A DNA stretch of 64,000 nucleotides from Eledone cirrhosa (lineage: Eukaryota). The DNA lies in contig OZ024741.1 in assembly GCA_964016885.1 (NCBI GenBank), positions 323,516,001-323,580,000 of the forward strand, read 5' to 3'. A program made the position numbers and the translations under genes. Under the pieces are notes generated by a model. It saw only the letters and a list, made by a program, of their open reading frames with translations, had not been told where the DNA came from and made no database searches. This document shows positions 57,301 to 64,000 of this stretch, piece after piece (position 1 is the stretch's first letter; each line of letters begins with the position of its first letter).

Positions 57301-60300
57301 TGGTTGTGTGGTTGGTGTTGTATTGGTTGTGTGGTTGGTGTTGTGGTGGCTGTGTGCTTGGTGTTGTGGGTGGTTGTGTGGTTGGTGTTGTGGGTGGTTG
57401 TGTGGTGTGTGTTGTGTTGGTTGTGTGGTTGGTGTTGTGGTGGTTATGTGGTTGTAGTTGTGTGTGGTTGTGTCGTTGGTGTTGTGGGTGGTTGTGTGGT
57501 TGGTGTTGTGGTGGTTATGTGGTTGGTGTTGTGGGTGGTTGTGTGGTTGGTGTTATGTTGGTTGTGTCATTGGTGTTGTAGGTGTTTGTGTGGTTAGTGT
57601 TGTGTTGGTTATGTGGTTGGTGTTGTGGTGGTTATGTGGTTGGAGTTGTGGTGGTTATATGGTTGGTGTTGTTGTGGTTATGTGTTTGGTGTTGTGGTGG
57701 TTATGTGGTTGGTGTTGTGTTGGTTGTGTGGTTGGTGTTGTGGTGGTTATGTGGTTCGTGTTGTGTTGGCTGTGTGGTTGGTGTTGTGGTGATTATGTGG
57801 TTGGTGTTGTGTTGGTTGCGTGGTTGGTGTTGTATTGGTTGTGAGGTTGTGTGGTTGGTGTTGTGGGTGGTTATGTGGTTGGTGTTGTGGTGGTTATGTG
57901 GTTGGTGTTGTGGGTGGTTTTGTGGTTGTTGTTGTGTTGGTTGTGTGGTTGGTGCTGTGGGTAGTTGTGTGGTTGGTGTTGTGGTGGTTATGTGGTTGGT
58001 ATTCTGGTGGTTATGTGGTTGGTGTTGTGGTGGTTATGTGGTTGGTGTTGTGGTGGTTGTGTGGTTGGTGTTTTTGTGGTTATGTGGTTGGTGTTGTGTT
58101 GGTTGTGTGGTTGCTGTTGTCTTGGTTGTGTGGCTGGTGTTGTGGTGGTTATGTGGTTGGTGTTGTGGGTGGTTGTGTGGTTTGTGTTGTGGTTGTTATG
58201 TGGTTGGTGTTTGTGGGTGGTTGTGTGGTTGGTGTTGTGGTGGTTATGTGGTTGGTGTTGTGGGTGGTTGGTGTTGTGTTGGTTGTGTGGTTGGTGTTGT
58301 GTTGATTGTGTGGTTGGTGTTATGGTGGTTATGTGGTTGGTGTTGTGGGTGGTTGTGTGGTTGGTGTTGTGGGTGGTTGTGTGGTCGGTATTGTGTTGGT
58401 TGTGTGGTTGGTGTTGTGGTGGTTGTGTGGTTGGTGTTGTGTTGGTTGTGTGGTTAGTGTTGTGGGTGGTTGTGTCGTTGGTGTTGTGGTGGTTGTGTGG
58501 TTGGTGTTGTATTGGTTGTGTGGTTGGTGTTGTGGTGGCTGTGTGCTTGGTGTTGTGGGTGGTTGTGTGGTTGGTGTTGTGGGTGGTTGTGTGGTGTGTG
58601 TTGTGTTGGTTGTGTGGTTGGTGTTGTGGTGGTTATGTGGTTGTAGTTGTGTGTGGTTGTGTCGTTGGTGTTGTGGTGATTGTGTGGTTGGTGTTGTGGG
58701 TGGTTGTGTGGTTGCTGTTGTGGTGGTTATGTGGTTGGTGTTGTGTTGGTTGTGTGGTTGGTGTTGTATTGGTTGTGAGGTTGTGTGGTTGTTGTTGTGT
58801 TGGTTGTGTGGTTGGTGTTGTGGGTGGTTGTGTGGTTGGTGTTGTGGTGGTTATGTGGTTGGTATTGTGGTGGTTATGTGGTTGGTGTTGTGGTGGTTAT
58901 GTGGTTGGTGTTATGGTGGTTGTGTGGTTGGTGTTTTGGTGGTTATGTGGTTGGTGTTGTGGGTGGTTGTGTGGTTGGTGTTGTGGTGGTTATGTGGTTG
59001 GTGTTGTGGGTGGTTGTGTGGTTGGTGTTATGTTGGTTGTGTGGTTGGTGTTGTGGTGGTTATGTGGTTGGTGTTGTATTGGTTGTGTGGTTGGTGTTGC
59101 GTTGGTTGTGTGGATGGTGTTGTGGTGGTTATGTGGTTGGTGTTGTGTTGGTTGTGTGGTTGGTGTTGTATTGGTTGTGAGGTTGTGTGGTTGGTGTTGT
59201 GGGTAGTTATGTGGTTGGTGTTGTGGTGGTTATGTGGTTGGCGTTGTGGGTGGTTGTGTGGTTGTTGTTGTGTTGGTTGTGTGGTTGGTGTTGTGGGTGG
59301 TTGTGTGGTTGGTGTTGTGGTGGTTGTGTGGTTGGTATTGTGGTGGTTGTGTGGTTGGTGTTGTGGTGGTTATGTGGTTGGTGTTGTGGGTGGTTTTGTG
59401 GTTGTTGTTGTGTTGGTTGTGTGGTTGGTGTTGTGGGTAGTTGTGTGGTTGGTGTTGTGTTGGTTGTGTGGTTGGTGTTGTGGTGGTTATGTGGTTGGTG
59501 TTGTGGGTGGTTGTGTGGTTGGTGTTGTGGTGGTCATGTGGTTGGTGTTGTGGGTGGTTGTGTTGTTGGTGTTGTGTTGGTTGTGCGGTTGGTGTTGTGT
59601 TGGTTGTGTGGTTGGTGTTGTGGTGGATATGTGGTTGGTTGTGTGGTTGGTGTTATGTTGGTTGTGTGGTTGGTGTTGTAGGTGTTTGTGTGGTTAGTGT
59701 TGTGTTGGTTATGTGGTTGGTGTTGTGGTGGTTATGTGGTTGGAGTTGTGGTGGTTATATGGTTTGTGTTGTTGTGGTTATGTGTTTGGTGTTGTGGTGG
59801 TTATGTGGTTGGTGTTGTGTTGGTTGTGTGGTTGGTGTTGTGGTGGTTATGTGGTTGGTGTTGTGGGTGGTTTTGTGGTTGTTGTTGTGTTGGTTGTGTG
59901 GTTGGTGTTGTGGGTAGTTGTGTGGTTGGTGTTGTGGTGGTTATGTGGTTGGTATTGTGGTGGTTATGTGGTTGGTGTTGTGGTGGTTATGTGGTTGGTG
60001 TTGTGGTGGTTGTGTGGTTGGTGTTTTTGTGGCTATGTGGTTGGTGTTGTGTTGGTTGTGTGGTTGGTGTTGTGTTGGTTGTGTGGCTGGTGTTGTGGTG
60101 GTTATGTGGTTGGTGTTGTGGGTGGTTGTGTGTTTTGTGTTGTGGTTGTTATGTGGTTGGTGTTTGTGGGTGGTTGTGTTGTTGGTGTTGTGGTGGTTAT
60201 GTGGTTGGTGTTGTGGGTGGTTGGTGTTGTGTTGGTTGTGTGGTTGGTGTTGTGTTGGTTGTGTGGTTGGTGTTATGGTGGTTATGTGGTTGGTGTTGTG

Positions 60301-62968
60301 GGTGGTTGTGTGGTTGGTGTTGTGGGTGGTTGTGTGGTCGGTATTGTGTTGGTTGTGTGGTTGGTGTTGTGGTGGTTATGTGGTTGGTGTTGTATTGGTT
60401 GTGTGGTTGGTGTTGCGTTGGTTGTGTGGATGGTGTTGTGGTGGTTATGTGGTTGGTGTTGTGTTGGTTGTGTGGTTGGTGTTGTATTGGTTGTGAGGTT
60501 GTGTGGTTGGTGTTGTGGGTAGTTATGTGGTTGGTGTTGTGGTGGTTATGTGGTTGGCGTTGTGGGTGGTTGTGTGGTTGTTGTTGTGTTGGTTGTGTGG
60601 TTGGTGTTGTGGGTGGTTGTGTGGTTGGTGTTGTGGTGGTTGTGTGGTTGGTATTGTGGTGGTTGTGTGGTTGGTGTTGTGGTGGTTATGTGGTTGGTGT
60701 TGTGGGTGGTTTTGTGATTGTTGTTGTGTTGGTTGTGTGGTTGGTGTTGTGGGTAGTTGTGTGGTTGGTGTTGTGTTGGTTGTGTGGTTGGTGTTGTGGT
60801 GGTTATGTGGTTGGTGTTGTGGGTGGTTGTGTGGTTGGTGTTGTGTTGGTTGTGCGGTTGGTGTTGTGTTGGTTGTGTGGTTGGTGTTGTGGTGGATATG
60901 TGGTTGGTTGTGTGGTTGGTGTTATGTTGGTTGTGTGGTTGGTGTTGTAGGTGTTTGTGTGGTTAGTGTTGTGTTGGTTATGTGGTTGGTGTTGTGGTGG
61001 TTATGTGGTTGGAGTTGTGGTGGTTATATGGTTTGTGTTGTTGTGGTTATGTGTTTGGTGTTGTGGTGGTTATGTGGTTGGTGTTGTGTTGGTTGTGTGG
61101 TTGGTGTTGTGGTGGTTATGTGGTTGGTATTGTGGTGGTTATGTGGTTGGTGTTGTGGTGGTTATGTGGTTGGTGTTGTGGTGGTTGTGTGGTTGGTGTT
61201 TTTGTGGCTATGTGGTTGGTGTTGTGTTGGTTGTGTGGTTGGTGTTGTGTTGGTTGTGTGGCTGGTGTTGTGGTGGTTATGTGGTTGGTGTTGTGGGTGG
61301 TTGTGTGTTTTGTGTTGTGGTTGTTATGTGGTTGGTGTTTGTGGGTGGTTGTGTTGTTGGTGTTGTGGTGGTTATGTGGTTGGTGTTGTGGGTGGTTGGT
61401 GTTGTGTTGGTTGTGTGGTTGGTGTTGTGTTGGTTGTGTGGTTGGTGTTATGGTGGTTATGTGGTTGGTGTTGTGGGTGGTTGTGTGGTTGGTGTTGTGG
61501 GTTTTTGTGTGGTCGGTATTGTGTTGGTTGTGTGGTTGGTGTTGTGGTGGTTGTGTGGTTGGTGTTGTGTTGGTTGTGTGGTTAGTGTTGTGGGTGGTTG
61601 TGTCGTTGGTGTTGTGGTGGTTGTGTGGTTGGTGTTGTATTGGTTGTGTGGTTGCTGTTGTGGTGGCTGTGTGCTTGGTGTTGTGGGTGGTTGTGTGGTT
61701 GGTGTTGTGGGTGGTTGTGTGGTGTGTGTTGTGTTGGTTGTGTGGTTGGTGTTGTGGTGGTTATGTGGTTGTTGTTGTGTGTGGTTGTGTCGTTGGTGTT
61801 GTGGTGATTGTGTGGTTGGTGTTGTGGGTGGTTGTGTGGTTGGTGTTGTGGTGGTTATGTGGTTGGTGTTGTGTTGGTTGTGTGGTTGGTGTTGTATTGG
61901 TTGTGAGGTTGTGTGGTTGGTGTTGTGGGTGGTTATGTGGTTGGTGTTGTGGGTAGTTGTGTGGTTGTTGTTGTGTTGGTTGTGTGGTTGGTGTTGTGGG
62001 TGGTTGTGTGGTTGGTGTTCTGGTGGTTATGTGGTTGGTATTGTGGTGGTTATGTGGTTGGTGTTGTGGTGGTTATGTGGTTGGTGTTGTGGTGGTTGTG
62101 TGGTTGGTGTTGTGGTGGTTATGTGGTTGTTGTTGTGGGTGGTTGTGTGGTTGGTGTTGTGGTGGTTATGTGGTTGGTGTTGTGAGTGGTTGTGTGGTTG
62201 GTGTTACGTTGGTTGTGTGGTTGGTGTTGTATTGGTTGTGAGGTTGTGTGGTTGGTGTTGTGGGTGGTTATGTGGTTGGTGTTGTGGTGGTTATGTGCTT
62301 GGTGTTGCGGGTGGTTGTGTGGTTGTTGTTGTGTTGGTTGTGTGGTTGGTGTTGTTGGTGGTTGTGTGGTTGGTGTTGTGGTGGTTGTGTGGTTGGTATT
62401 GTGGGGGTTATGTGGTTGGTGTTGTGGAGGTTATGTAGTTGGTGTTGTGGTGGTTGTGTGGTTGGTGTTGTTGTGGTTATGTGGTTGGTGTTGTGTTGGC
62501 TGTGTGGTTGGTGTTGTGTTGGTTGTGTGGTTGGTGTTGTGGTGGTTATGTGGTTGGTGTTGTGGGTGGTTGTGTGGTTGGTATTGTGGTGGTCATGTGG
62601 TTGGTGTTGTGGGTGGTTGTGTTGTTGGTGTTGTGTTGGTTGTGTGGTTGGTGTTGTGTTGGTTGTGTGGTTGGTGTTGTGGTGGTTATGTGGTTGGTGT
62701 TGTGGGTGGTTGTGTGGTTGGTGTTATGTTGGTTGTGTGGTTGGTGTTGTAGGTGTTTGTGTGGTTAGTGTTGTGTTGGTTATGTGGTTGGTGTTGTGGT
62801 GGTTATGTGGTTGGAGTTGTGGTGGTTATATGGTTTGTGTTGTTGTGGTTATGTGTTTGGTGTTGTGGTGGTTATGTGGTTGGTGTTGTGTTGGTTGTGT
62901 GGTTGGTGTTGTGGTGGTTATGTGGTTCGTGTTGTGTTGGTTGTGTGGTTGGTGTTGTGTTAGTTGTG
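21321..62968. repeat. 41.6-kb G/T-strand satellite (minisatellite array) with higher-order structure
   Basis: Core GTGGTTGGTGTTGT plus variable tails GGTGGTTAT/GGTGGTTGT/GTTGGTTGT (23 bp), GGGTGGTTGT (24 bp) or ATTGGTTGTGAGGTTGT (31 bp). Roughly 1,700-1,800 units by length. A and C are rare on the + strand, and (TA)n lies at both ends. Confidence 0.97.
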
Positions 62969-63008
62969 TATATATATATATGGATAGAGTGCAAATTATA
63001 GAAAAGTG

Positions 63009-63047
63009 GTAGAGACTTCGAAGTTTCAGCGTGATCACTTCATCTAC
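63009..63047 (-). ncRNA. decayed minimal hammerhead motif
   Basis: Minus strand: GTAGA-TGA / AGTG-ATCA-CGCT / GAA / perfect palindrome ACTTCGAAGT / C (GUC triplet) / TCTAC. CTGA of the core appears deleted. Confidence 0.5.
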
Positions 63048-63440
63048 TTGAAATGCAGCCGCACGCTCTAATGCAGTCGACTATAATAATAGTCGATCAC
63101 TATAAATAATGTATATTTTTATATTATTTCCAATTTCAAATCATCCTAATGCTTCTTAAGTCAACCTAGACACATATAAATAAAATATTTATATATAAAG
63201 AATAGAAGTAAGCGAGACTACGCAAATGTATATATATATCTATACATTGTTAGTATATAGACATGTAAACATACTAAGTATAGTTATTTCCCTGAAGTTT
63301 TGAAAAATGGAAACACTCATGTGTTTTGAAGACTATTGGACTTCCATCAGAAAGTATGATATCATCTAAACAACCACAAAGAAATACGTACTCAACGGGC
63401 TTACATAATCTGTCACATATAGTAGTATACTGGAATGGAA

Positions 63441-63958
63441 TCATCATCATCTTCTTCTTCTTCTTCTTCTTCTTCTTCTTCTTCTTCTTCTTCTTCTTCT
63501 TCTTCTTCTTCTTCTTCTTCTTCTTCTTCTTCTTCTTCTTCTTCTTCTTCTTCTTCTTCTTCTTCTTCTTCTTCTTCTTCTTCGCCCACTTATTCCTGTG
63601 AGGGTCATGGGGGTAGAGTCCTCAAACACTCCTTCCAGCGGGTCCTGTCAGAAGCAACCATCTCCCACTGATTCTGATGGATCCTCAAGCAAGACCAATG
63701 AAGCTCATGGATGTTATCCAACCATCTTCCTCGGGGTCTAACCGTGGATCTCTTGCCGTATACTTTTGCCCGTAAAACCTGTCCAGCGACTTTTTTCTGA
63801 GACATTTTAACCACATTCCATAGTATCAGAGAAGTAACAGCTCTACCTGGAGTGACTCTCTCATCTCTGGACTACGCACTCTATCAAGGAACGTTACCCC
63901 CAAGGAACCTTCGGAGGAATCTCATTTCGGCCGCTTGTATTCGAGATCCTACTCTTTC
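63441..63958 (-). mobile_element. 5'-truncated RTE-clade LINE (Rex3/Expander-like C-terminus) with (GAA)n(GAT)n tail and 9-bp TSD
   Basis: Minus translation ERVGSRIQAAEMRFLRRFLGVTFLDRVRSPEMRESLQVELLLL, then a frame break, then VVKMSQKKVAGQV...RPRGRWLDNIHELHWSCLRI...VASDRTRWKECLRTLPP. Tail of about 44 TTC units at 63451-63583. GGAATGGAA at 63432-63440 and 63959-63967. Confidence 0.88.
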
Positions 63959-64000
63959 GGAATGGAAGAATAATTTGCATATAATTAGCGTTCATGATAG

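Noticed and set aside
21321-62968. Hundreds of V/W/C/G/L-rich plus-strand ORFs and T/P/Q/H/N mucin-like minus-strand ORFs
   Set aside because: They are artefacts of a G/T-only repeat with few stop codons. Mixed 23/24/31-bp units shift frame constantly and all frames give the same text.
21321-62968. CRISPR-like repeat-spacer array or true telomere
   Set aside because: The variable parts are a handful of 9-17-bp related tails, not unique spacers, and there are no cas genes. There is no TTAGGG, and ordinary sequence continues on both sides.

Overview
Eukaryotic, AT-rich, repeat-dominated DNA with no recognisable host gene. The SINE families and extreme (TA)n density suggest an octopus/cephalopod genome (inference from memory of such repeats, not a database result). 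Region 1-21.3 kb is a mosaic of tRNA-type SINEs, decayed R4/Dong-like LINE fragments and many short elements sitting inside (TA)n tracts. Its centrepiece is a 5'-truncated Penelope-like element (PLE) with an uninterrupted RT + GIY-YIG frame (16452-17687). The PLE has an inverted pseudo-LTR, a 700-bp fold-back palindrome centred on an AAAGGGT(AT)n-punctuated tract, and a fully foldable type I hammerhead ribozyme with a variant CAGAAGA core. Several other, sequence-unrelated hammerhead motifs (complete or decayed) lie in neighbouring TA-embedded fragments. Region 21321-62968 is one 41.6-kb, strongly strand-asymmetric G/T satellite (23/24/31-bp units, kb-scale higher-order repeats), flanked by (TA)n. 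The window ends with a decayed hammerhead and a 5'-truncated RTE-clade LINE with a (GAA)n tail and a 9-bp TSD. Nearly all ORFs in the supplied track are repeat artefacts. Coordinates were read by eye and may be off by a few bases.
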